Assembly (NCBI GenBank): GCA_026417035.1
Contig: JAOAEA010000003.1
Coordinates: 44,980 to 108,979, forward strand
Length of the DNA stretch: 64,000 nt
Source: Burkholderiales bacterium
GTDB taxonomy: Bacteria; Pseudomonadota; Gammaproteobacteria; Burkholderiales; SG8-39
Direction: 5' to 3'
Positions 46,005 to 53,958 of the stretch are shown piece by piece. How positions within the stretch are numbered: position 1 is the stretch's first letter; every line of letters begins with the position of its first letter. Below the pieces are notes generated by a model that saw only the letters and a list, made by a program, of their open reading frames with translations, searched no databases and had not been told where the DNA came from. A program made the translations under genes and the position numbers.

Positions 46005-47186
46005 TCAGACGGGATTGTGCCGCAAGAAGCGCTCGAGGCGCGCGGCGCCCTCGGCGAGCCGCGCCTCGGCCGCCGCGAAGCACCAGCGCAGGAAGCCCTC
46101 GCCCTCGGGCCCGAAGGCGATGCCCGGGGCGAGGCCGAGCTTCGCCTCGGCGACCAGGCGCTTGGCGAAAGCGAGGCTGTCGGCGACGCCGCGCACGCGG
46201 AAGAACACGTACATCGCGCCCGGCGGCGAAGCCGCTTCCACACCGGGGATCGCGGCGAGGCGTGCGACGAGGAGATCGCGCGCGCGGCGGAAACGCTCCA
46301 CGGTGTGCGCGACCACCGGCTCACCGTCGCGCACGGCGACGATGCCGGCGCGCTGTACGAACCCGGGCGCGCAGGAGGTGTTGTACTCGACCAGCACCCC
46401 GAGGTCGGGCACGAGCGCCGCAGGGGCGACGATCCAGCCCAGCCGCCAGCCGGTCATGAGCCACGACTTGGAGAACGTGTTGGTGGAGACGAGGCGGTCC
46501 TCGGGGTCGGCGATGTCGAGGAAGGAAGGCGCCGCGGCCTCGGGCCCGTAGTAGAGCCGCTCGTAAGCGTCGTCGGCCACGATCCAGATGCCGTGGCGCC
46601 GGCAGTGCGCGAGGATGGCGGCCTGCGCCTCGCGGCCGATCGTCCAGCCCGTCGGGTTGTTCGGCGAGTTGACGTACACCGCCTTCGTCCCGGGCGTGAG
46701 CGCGGCGAGCAGGCGGTCGAGGTCGAGCGCCCAGCCGCGCGGCCCGAAGGCGAGCGGCACGCATTCGACCTCGGCGCCGAGGATCTTCGGCTGCTCGACG
46801 AGGTTCGGCCAGAGCGGCGTCACCTCGACGACGCGGTCGCCCGGGCCCGCGAGCGCCTGCGTGGCGAGCATGAGCGCGGAGACGCCCGAGCTCGTCACGA
46901 CGATGCGCTCGGCCGCGACCGGCCGGTGCAGCCGCGAAAGGTAAGCGGCGATCGCCTCGCGGAGCTCGGGGATGCCCAGGTTGTGCGTGTAGAAGGTGTC
47001 GCCTGCCGTGATCGCGTCGGTCGCCGCGCGCCGGATGAAGCCGGGCGTCGCTTCGTCGGGCTCGCCGAACCAGAACGCCGCGACCTCCGGGTCGCCCATG
47101 CCGGCGTTCGCGACCTCGCGGATCGCGGAGGCGCGCAGCGCGCGCACCGCGGCGCGGGCCCGGAGACGCTGACTTGCCGTGTTCAT
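46005..47186 (-). CDS. pyridoxal-phosphate-dependent aminotransferase, class I/II (aspartate aminotransferase-like)
   Basis: 393 aa with SPNNPTGW and TFSKSWLMTGWRLGW (PLP lysine). Confidence 0.9.
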   Translation of the reverse strand: MNTASQRLRARAAVRALRASAIREVANAGMGDPEVAAFWFGEPDEATPGFIRRAATDAITAGDTFYTHNLGIPELREAIAAYLSRLHRPVAAERIVVTSSGVSALMLATQALAGPGDRVVEVTPLWPNLVEQPKILGAEVECVPLAFGPRGWALDLDRLLAALTPGTKAVYVNSPNNPTGWTIGREAQAAILAHCRRHGIWIVADDAYERLYYGPEAAAPSFLDIADPEDRLVSTNTFSKSWLMTGWRLGWIVAPAALVPDLGVLVEYNTSCAPGFVQRAGIVAVRDGEPVVAHTVERFRRARDLLVARLAAIPGVEAASPPGAMYVFFRVRGVADSLAFAKRLVAEAKLGLAPGIAFGPEGEGFLRWCFAAAEARLAEGAARLERFLRHNPV

Positions 47187-47297
47187 GACGATCGCCGCAA
47201 GGCCCGCATTCTCTCACGCGCGCGCGGCGCGCTCGCGAAGGCGCCTGCGCTCCGGTAGCATCTGCGGCCGGAAGGCACGCGCGGGAAGCTCACGATC

Positions 47298-47811
47298 ATG
47301 GACGACAAGCGACGATTCGTGCTCGGCGTCGATCTCGACGGCGTGGTGGCCGACTTCACCGCCGGCCTGAAGCCGATCGCGGCGGAGTGGCTCGGCGTCC
47401 CGCCACGCCGTGAAGCAGCGCGGCCTCTTCCGCACGCTGCCGCCGCTGCCGGGCGCGCCGGCGGCGCTGCGCCGGCTCTCGGCGCGCCACGTGCGCATCC
47501 GCATCATCACCCACCGCCTCTACATCCCCTGGTTCCACCGCGAGGCGATCGGCCAGACGGTGGACTGGCTCGAGGAGCACGGCATCCCGTACTGGGACCT
47601 CTGCTTCATGCGCGACAAAGTCGCGGTCGGCGCGGACCTCTACCTCGAGGACAGCCCGATGAACATCGAGGCGCTCGCGCGCGAGGGCCACCCGGTGATC
47701 ATCGTCTCGAACTCGACCAACCGGCACCTCCCCGGACCGCGCGGCGAGAGCTGGGAGGAGATCGAGCGGCTGGTGCTCGACGCGCTGGCGCGCTGGGAGC
47801 GCGGCGCCTGA
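47298..47811 (+). pseudogene. HAD-family 5'(3')-deoxyribonucleotidase-like gene split between two frames
   Basis: One frame (from the ATG at 47298) encodes MDDKRRFVLGVDLDGVVADFTAGLKPIAAEWLGV, which holds the DxDxV nucleophile motif. The rest of the domain (VKQRGLFRTLPPLPGAPAALRRL...LYLEDSPMNIEAL...) is in the +1 frame, from about 47410 to the stop at 47811. Confidence 0.6.
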
Positions 47812-47826
47812 GCGGGCCGCGCGCTT

Positions 47827-48882
47827 TCAGCGCAGCGCGGCGTTGAACTCGCGGAGCGCCGCGGCGCCCGGGCAGAGCTCGCGCTCGCCGAGCGAGTTGA
47901 GCGGCGCGTCCACCGTCCCGAGGTGGTAGTGCAGGTCTTCGGCGCGCGCGTCGACGTAGAGCAGCCCCGTGACCACCTCGCCGCGCGCGGCGCGCTCGGC
48001 GAGGTAGTTCATCGCGCGCACGCGGTCGGTCGGGTCGTAGTCCGCAGCGAGCTTGTGCAGGTGCATCACCGAGCCGTCGTGCATCACGACGTCCACCACC
48101 GAGCCGGGCGGATAGTCGGCCGTGACCTCGTCGCGGCGCGGCATGAAGTCGAGCCGGTTCACGGCCTCGTTGTGCGCGCGCACGTAGTCGTAGCTCTTGG
48201 TCGAGCCGGGATGGTTGTTGAACGCGACGCACGGGCTGACGACGTCGATGAACGCTGCGCCGCGGTGCTCGACCGCCGCCTTGATGAGCGGCACGAGCTG
48301 CGCCTTGTCGCCGGAGAAGCTCCGCGCGACGAAGCTCGCGCCGAGCTGCAAGGCGAGGCCGACCAGGTCGATCGGGCTGTCGGTGTTCACGGCGCCGCGC
48401 TTGGACTTCGACCCGCGGTCGGCGGTGGCCGAGAACTGGCCCTTGGTGAGGCCGTACACGCCGTTGTTCTCGACGATGTACACCATGTTCACGCCGCGGC
48501 GCATCGCGTGCGCGAACTGCCCGAGGCCGATCGACGCGGAGTCGCCGTCGCCCGAGACCCCGAGGTACACGAGCTCGCGGTTGGCGAGGCTCGCCCCGGT
48601 GAGCACCGAGGGCATGCGCCCGTGCACGCTGTTGAAGCCGTGCGACTGCCCGAGGAAGTAGGTGGGCGTCTTCGACGAGCAGCCGATGCCGGAGAGCTTG
48701 GCGACGCGGTGCGGCGGGATCGCGAGCTCGAAGAAGGCCTGGATGATCGCCGCGCTGATCGAGTCGTGCCCGCAGCCCGCGCACAGGGTCGAGACGGTCC
48801 CTTCGTAGTCGCGGCGCGTGTAGCCGAGCCGGTTCTGGGGGAGGTCCGGATGGTGCAGCTTCGGCTTGGCGAGATAGGTCAT
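47827..48882 (-). CDS. korB: 2-oxoacid:ferredoxin (acceptor) oxidoreductase beta subunit
   Basis: 351 aa with STLCAGCGHDSI (Fe-S cluster Cys residues) and the TPP motif GDGDSASIGLGQF...VENNGVYGLTKGQ. Confidence 0.93.
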   Translation of the reverse strand: MTYLAKPKLHHPDLPQNRLGYTRRDYEGTVSTLCAGCGHDSISAAIIQAFFELAIPPHRVAKLSGIGCSSKTPTYFLGQSHGFNSVHGRMPSVLTGASLANRELVYLGVSGDGDSASIGLGQFAHAMRRGVNMVYIVENNGVYGLTKGQFSATADRGSKSKRGAVNTDSPIDLVGLALQLGASFVARSFSGDKAQLVPLIKAAVEHRGAAFIDVVSPCVAFNNHPGSTKSYDYVRAHNEAVNRLDFMPRRDEVTADYPPGSVVDVVMHDGSVMHLHKLAADYDPTDRVRAMNYLAERAARGEVVTGLLYVDARAEDLHYHLGTVDAPLNSLGERELCPGAAALREFNAALR

Positions 48883-48885
48883 TCG

Positions 48886-48982
48886 TCAGGATTCGGGATT
48901 CGGGATTCGAGATTCGGGATTGAGGATCGAGGGCGCTGGGGCTAGCCTTCTGTCCTCTGTCTTCTGTCCTCTGTCCTCTGAG
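48886..48982. repeat. double heptamer-array element filling the korA-korB spacer, copy 3
   Basis: Left array: TCAGGAT, TCGGGAT x2, TCGAGAT, TCGGGAT, TGAGGAT (48886-48927). After a spacer comes AGCC and then TTCTGTC CTCTGTC TTCTGTC CTCTGTC CTCTGAG (48948-48982). Confidence 0.85.
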
Positions 48983-50830
48983 CTAGGCCGCGCGGCCGCC
49001 GTGCAGCGGGCGGACGTTCAGGCGGCGCACCTCGGCGGCGACCGCGTCGGTGATGAAGCGCGCGGTGATCGGCGTGCCGTCGTAGTGCAGGATCGGGATC
49101 AGGGTCGCCGGGTTCACGCCGGCGTCGTTGACGAGCAGCGTCTTCAGCTGCGCGTCGCGGTTCTGCTCGACCACGAACACCTCGTCATGCGCGGCGATGA
49201 AATCCGCCACCGACTTGGGGAACGGATAGGCGCGCAGGCGCAGCGCATCCAGGTGCATGCCGCCTTTGGCCAGCATGTCCAGCGCCTCGTCCATGGCCGG
49301 CGTGGTCGAACCGAAATAGATCACCCCGCGCCGCGTCGGCTGCGCGGCCGGGCGCATGATCGGCTGCGGCACCAGGTTGGCGGCGGTGGCGAACTTGCGC
49401 ATCAGCCGCTCCATGTTGTAGAGGTAGTCCGGCCCGCGTTCCGAATAGCGGGCGTAGGCGTCGCGCGTGGTGCCGCGGGTGAAGTAGGCGCCCTTGCTGG
49501 CATGGGTGCCGGGGTAGGTGCGGTAGGGGATGCCGTCGCCGTCCGTGTCGAGGTAACGGCCGAAGTCCTGCCCGGACTCGAGCATCTCGTAGGTCATCAC
49601 CTTGCCGCGGTCGTAGCGCCGCGCGTCGTCCCACTCGAGCGGCTCGCACAGGCGCTCGTTCATGCCGATGTCGAGGTCGGAGAGGACGAACACCGGCGTC
49701 TGCAGGCGTTCGGCGAGGTCGAACGAGAGCGCCGCGAACTCGAAGGCTTCCTTCGGGTCCTCGGGGAAGAGCAGCGGGTGCTTGGTGTCGCCGTGCGAGG
49801 CGTAGGCGCAGGCGAGCACGTCCGACTGCTGGGTGCGCGTCGGCATGCCGGTCGAGGGGCCGCCGCGCTGCACGTCGAAGATCACGGCCGGGATCTCGGC
49901 GAAGTAGGCGAGCCCGATGAACTCCTGCATGAGCGAGATCCCCGGCCCCGAGGTCGCGGTGAACGCGCGCGCGCCGTTCCACCCGGCGCCGATGACGACA
50001 CCGATGGCCGCGAGCTCGTCCTCGGCCTGCACGATCGCGTAGCGCGCGCGGCCGCTGTCGGGGTCGACGCGGAACTTGCGGCAGTGCCGCGCGAACGCCT
50101 CGGCCATGGAGGACGACGGGGTGAGCGGATACCACGCCGCCACCGTCGCGCCACCATAGACGCAGCCGAGCGCGGCCGCACTGTTGCCTTCGATGAAGAT
50201 GCGGTCGCCGACCGCGTCCGAGCGCGCCACGCGCAGCCCGATCGGCCCGCCGAGCCGGTCGCGGGCGTAGGCGTAGCCCATGTGCAGCGCGTGCACGTTG
50301 GGCTGCAGGAGCTTCTCCTTGCCGCGGTACTGCTCGCCGATCAGCTCCGCGATGACGTCGGGCTCGATGCCGAGCAGCGCGGCGAGCGCCCCGACGTAGA
50401 TGATGTTCTTGAAGAGCTGGCGCTCGCGCGCGTCGCTGTACGCGTCGTTGCAGATCGCGGTGAGCGGCATGCCGATCACAGTGATGTCGTCGCGGAACTT
50501 CGACGCCGGCAGCGGTTTCGTGGAGTCGTAGAAGAGATACCCCCCCGGGTCGATCTCGGCGACGTCGCGGTCCCAGGTCTGGGGATTCATGGCGACCATG
50601 AGGTCCGCCCCGCCGCGGCGCCCGAGCCAGCCCTGCTCGGAGACGCGCACCTCGTACCAGGTCGGCAGACCCTGGATGTTCGAAGGGAAGATGTTGCGCG
50701 GGCTGATCGGCACGCCCATGCGCATGATCGACTTCGCGAAGAGCGTGTTCGCCGAGGCCGAGCCCGACCCGTTCACGTTCGCGAACTTCACCACGAAGTC
50801 GTTGACCGATTCGATGCGCTTCGCTGCCAT
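48983..50830 (-). CDS. korA: 2-oxoacid:ferredoxin (acceptor) oxidoreductase alpha subunit
   Basis: 615 aa with the typical KorA N-terminus (VVKFANVNGSGSASANTLF) and YPLTPSS. It is followed by korB. Confidence 0.93.
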   Translation of the reverse strand: MAAKRIESVNDFVVKFANVNGSGSASANTLFAKSIMRMGVPISPRNIFPSNIQGLPTWYEVRVSEQGWLGRRGGADLMVAMNPQTWDRDVAEIDPGGYLFYDSTKPLPASKFRDDITVIGMPLTAICNDAYSDARERQLFKNIIYVGALAALLGIEPDVIAELIGEQYRGKEKLLQPNVHALHMGYAYARDRLGGPIGLRVARSDAVGDRIFIEGNSAAALGCVYGGATVAAWYPLTPSSSMAEAFARHCRKFRVDPDSGRARYAIVQAEDELAAIGVVIGAGWNGARAFTATSGPGISLMQEFIGLAYFAEIPAVIFDVQRGGPSTGMPTRTQQSDVLACAYASHGDTKHPLLFPEDPKEAFEFAALSFDLAERLQTPVFVLSDLDIGMNERLCEPLEWDDARRYDRGKVMTYEMLESGQDFGRYLDTDGDGIPYRTYPGTHASKGAYFTRGTTRDAYARYSERGPDYLYNMERLMRKFATAANLVPQPIMRPAAQPTRRGVIYFGSTTPAMDEALDMLAKGGMHLDALRLRAYPFPKSVADFIAAHDEVFVVEQNRDAQLKTLLVNDAGVNPATLIPILHYDGTPITARFITDAVAAEVRRLNVRPLHGGRAA

Positions 50831-50840
50831 GGGCGCTCCC

Positions 50841-52664
50841 TCAGGCGGCCTTGCGCGGCGCCGGGCGTGACCGGCACGGCGCGCCGGCCTGCGCCATCTC
50901 GAGCAGGAACTTCTGCATGTCCCAGGCGCCGGTCGGGCAGCGCTCCGCGCACAGCCCGCAGTGCAGGCACACGTCCTCGTCCTTCACCATCACGCGCCCG
51001 GTCTTGAGGCCGCCGGACACGTAGAGGTCCTGGGCGCGGTTCTTCGCCGGCGCGCGCAGCCGCGTGCGCAGCTCCGCCTCCTCGCCGTTGGCGACGAAGC
51101 TGATGCAGTCCATGGGGCAGATGTCGGCGCAGGCGTCGCACTCGATGCACAGCCGGTCGGCGAACACCGTCTGCACGTCGCAGTTCAGGCAGCGCTGCGC
51201 CTCGGCGAAGCCGAGCTCCCGGTCGAAGCCGAGCTCCACCTCGACGCGGATGTCGGCGAGCGCGCGCGAGAGGTCCCGCAGCGGCACCCGGTAGCGCGCG
51301 TCGGTCGCGACCTGGTTGTCGTAGCTCCACTCGTGGATGCCCATCTTCTGTGAGACCAGGCTCGCCTGCGGCGCCGGACGGTCGGCGACGTCCTCGCCGC
51401 GGCAGTGCCGGTCGATCGAGATCGCCGCCTCGTGGCCGTGGGCTACCGCCCAGATGATGTTCTTCGGTCCGAGGGCGGAGTCGCCACCGAAGAACACCCT
51501 CGGGTGGGTGGACTGCAGCGTCAGCGGATCGACCTTCGCCATGCCCCAGCGGTCGAACTCGATGCCGATGTCGCGCTCGATCCACGTGAAGGCGTTCTCC
51601 TGGCCGACCGCGACGAGCACGTCGTCGCACGCGAAGTGCTGGTCGGGCTCGCCGGTGGGCACGAGATGGCGGCGGCCGCCGGAGTCGTGGGTCGCCTTGA
51701 CGCGCTCGAAGGTGACGCCGGTGAGCCGCCCGCCCGCGTGCGTGAACGCCTTGGGGACGAGCCAGTTGAGGATCGGGATGCCCTCGTGCATCGCGTCCTC
51801 CTTCTCCCACGGGCTCGCCTTCATCTCGTCGAAGCCCGAGCGCACGATCACCTTCACGTCCTCGCCGCCGAGGCGCTTCGCCGAGCGGCAGCAGTCCATC
51901 GCCGTGTTGCCGCCGCCGAGCACGACGACGCGCCGGCCGATCGCGGTGACGTGGCCGAACGCGACATTCGCGAGCCAGTCGATGCCGACGTGGATGTTCG
52001 CCGCGGCCTCCTTGCGCCCCGGAATGTCGAGGTCGCGGCCGCGGGGCGCGCCGGTGCCGACGAACACCGCGTCCCAGCCCTCGTCGAGGAGCGCCTTCAT
52101 CGACGGCACCCACGTCCCGCCGCGGAACTCGACGCCGAGCCCGAGGATGTAGCCGACTTCCTCCTCGATCACTTCCTCGGGCAGCCGGAAGCGCGGGATC
52201 TGCGAGCGGATCATGCCGCCGGGGCGCTCGGCCGCGTCGAAGACGACCACCCGGTAGCCGAGCACCGCGAGGTCGCGCGCGACGGTGAGCGACGCCGGCC
52301 CGGCCCCGATGCACGCGACGCGCTTGCCGTTGCGGGCCGCCGGTTGGGGCAGCCGCGGGCGAATGTCCTCCTTGTAGTCCGCGGCGACGCGCTTCAGCCG
52401 GCAGATCGCCACCGGCTCCGGTTTCGCGCCGTTGCCTTCCTCGACGCGGCCGCGCCGGCAGGCGGGCTCGCACGGCCGGTCGCAGGTGCGGCCCAGGATG
52501 CCGGGGAACACGTTCGACTTCCAGTTGACCATGTAGGCGTCGCCGTAGCGCCCCTGCGCGACGAGCCGGATGTATTCGGGGACGGGCGTGTGGGCGGGGC
52601 ACGCCCACTGGCAGTCGACGACCTTGTGGAAGTAATCGGGATGCGAGATGTCGGTGGGTTGCAA
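50841..52664 (-). CDS. GltD-like NAD(P)H-dependent FAD oxidoreductase fused to a 2x[4Fe-4S] ferredoxin domain (KorC-like)
   Basis: It has GltD-type N-terminal Cys clusters (CQWACPAHTPVPEYI, CDRPCEPAC) and a dinucleotide fold (VACIGAGPASL). The C-terminus carries CIECDACADICP and CLHCGLCAERCP. I chose the TTG start at 52664, behind an SD (gaggaga). The start is uncertain. Confidence 0.85.
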   Translation of the reverse strand: MQPTDISHPDYFHKVVDCQWACPAHTPVPEYIRLVAQGRYGDAYMVNWKSNVFPGILGRTCDRPCEPACRRGRVEEGNGAKPEPVAICRLKRVAADYKEDIRPRLPQPAARNGKRVACIGAGPASLTVARDLAVLGYRVVVFDAAERPGGMIRSQIPRFRLPEEVIEEEVGYILGLGVEFRGGTWVPSMKALLDEGWDAVFVGTGAPRGRDLDIPGRKEAAANIHVGIDWLANVAFGHVTAIGRRVVVLGGGNTAMDCCRSAKRLGGEDVKVIVRSGFDEMKASPWEKEDAMHEGIPILNWLVPKAFTHAGGRLTGVTFERVKATHDSGGRRHLVPTGEPDQHFACDDVLVAVGQENAFTWIERDIGIEFDRWGMAKVDPLTLQSTHPRVFFGGDSALGPKNIIWAVAHGHEAAISIDRHCRGEDVADRPAPQASLVSQKMGIHEWSYDNQVATDARYRVPLRDLSRALADIRVEVELGFDRELGFAEAQRCLNCDVQTVFADRLCIECDACADICPMDCISFVANGEEAELRTRLRAPAKNRAQDLYVSGGLKTGRVMVKDEDVCLHCGLCAERCPTGAWDMQKFLLEMAQAGAPCRSRPAPRKAA

Positions 52665-52913
52665 CGCGTCTCCTCGGCCCTTCTCGACGTCCCGCTGCCG
52701 GGGCACCGGCGGCGCCCGGACGGCGGGATTGTCTTTTTTAATGGAAGGTTTTGTTGCGCTGATATTACGCCTTCGCCTCGAGGGCCGGAAGAGGATGCGG
52801 CCGCGAACGTGCGGAAATCCGGGGAACGCGGGAAGTCGCGCGCGGACTAATGGCTGAAACACGGGAAAGCAACACTCGGGGCGCTGCGACGCCCCGAGGA
52901 GGAAGGAGGGAAG

Positions 52914-53117
52914 ATGACGATCCGCGAGAGCGACTCGCCCAGGCGCGCGCGTCCGGTTCGCGCCTTCTACGCTCCCGAGGAGCCCCTGTTCGAGGTGTGG
53001 CCTTTCGCGTCGCCGCGTCGCCCGCTCCTGCCCCCGGGCCCGCCGGGCCTCGTGATCGACCGCGTCCTCGCGGTGACGGCGCGCTCGTGGGGGTTGCCGC
53101 CCGACGCCCTGCCCTGA
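52914..53117 (+). CDS. small hypothetical protein (67 aa)
   Basis: A very strong SD (gaggaggaaggagggaagATG) precedes the start. G/C dominates third codon positions, as in the neighbouring real genes. Product MTIRESDSPRRARPVRAFYAPEEPLFEVWPFASPRRPLLPPGPPGLVIDRVLAVTARSWGLPPDALP. I recognised no family. Confidence 0.4.
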   Translation: MTIRESDSPRRARPVRAFYAPEEPLFEVWPFASPRRPLLPPGPPGLVIDRVLAVTARSWGLPPDALP

Positions 53118-53223
53118 CAGGCCGCCGCGTCCGGCCGCGGCCGGCGCACCGCCGCGCTGCTACCATCGCCCGCGCGCGGGGCGGATCGCACCGCGGCAGA
53201 CGGTCGGGAGCGAAGCCAAGGCG

Positions 53224-53883
53224 ATGCGGCGCCGTGCGCGGCGGGAAGACCTCGGGCTCACGCGAGCGGAGTTCCGCACGCTCGCGCGCCTCGATTCGCC
53301 GCGCCGGATCCAGGACTTCCTCACCTACGAGGTGCGGCAGAACTTCGAGCCCGACGGCGACACGGTGCTCTCGGTGCGCGAGGTGCTCGCGCAGCGGCGC
53401 GCCCACTGCATCGAGGGCGCGATGCTCGCCGCCTGCGCCCTCTGGATCCACGGCGAGCCGCCGCTCATCGCCCACATGGGCGCGGTCAACGACTACGACC
53501 ACGTGATCGCGCTCTTCCGCCGCGGCGGATGCTGGGGCGCGATCTCGAAGACGAACGCGCCGCCGCTGCGCTATCGCGACCCGGTGTACCGCTCGCTGCG
53601 CGAGCTCGTGATGTCGTACTTCCACGAATACGCGAACCTGCGCCGCGAGAAGACGCTGCGCAACTACTCGGTGGCCTTCGACCTGCGGCGCGTGGACCCG
53701 AAGCTCTGGGTGACGAACGGCGAGAACTGCTGGGACGTGGACGAGCGGCTCGGCGAGATCCGCCACTACGACCTCGTCACCCCGCGGCAGGTGCGGCTGC
53801 TGCGCACGCGCGACCGCTTCGAGGCGAAGATCGACCGGCTGCGGCAGTGGCCGCGTCCGCGCGGCATGAAGAAGAAGCGCTGA
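53224..53883 (+). CDS. hypothetical protein with a possible papain/transglutaminase-like Cys-His arrangement
   Basis: 219 aa of non-repetitive, balanced composition. Candidate catalytic residues sit at RRAHCIEGAMLAAC and NDYDHVIALF. I recognised no named family. Confidence 0.7.
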   Translation: MRRRARREDLGLTRAEFRTLARLDSPRRIQDFLTYEVRQNFEPDGDTVLSVREVLAQRRAHCIEGAMLAACALWIHGEPPLIAHMGAVNDYDHVIALFRRGGCWGAISKTNAPPLRYRDPVYRSLRELVMSYFHEYANLRREKTLRNYSVAFDLRRVDPKLWVTNGENCWDVDERLGEIRHYDLVTPRQVRLLRTRDRFEAKIDRLRQWPRPRGMKKKR

Positions 53884-53958
53884 ACCCCGCCCGCCGTGGC
53901 GGCAGGGGCCTCCGGCCGCGCGCCGCCGCCGAAACGGCGATGGGCGGCCCGGCGCCCT

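Noticed and set aside
47395-47412. Programmed +1 ribosomal frameshifting in the split HAD gene.
   Set aside because: There is no slippery or shifty motif, stimulatory structure or rare-codon pause that I can see. The spliced product would also be shorter than family members. A mutation or an assembly indel is more likely.
48886-48982. The heptamer arrays as a CRISPR array or as coding repeats.
   Set aside because: The units are 7 nt, contiguous and without spacers. Each array is under 45 nt, and no cas genes are present. In the kor spacer they lie outside any ORF.
52875-52898. The hairpin ctcggggcgCTGCGAcgccccgag as a second SAH-riboswitch-like element, because of the shared GCGCUGCGAC string.
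   Set aside because: Only a 10-nt string is shared. The remaining conserved SAH-element segments (AGGCUC, AACGGCGCUC) are absent.
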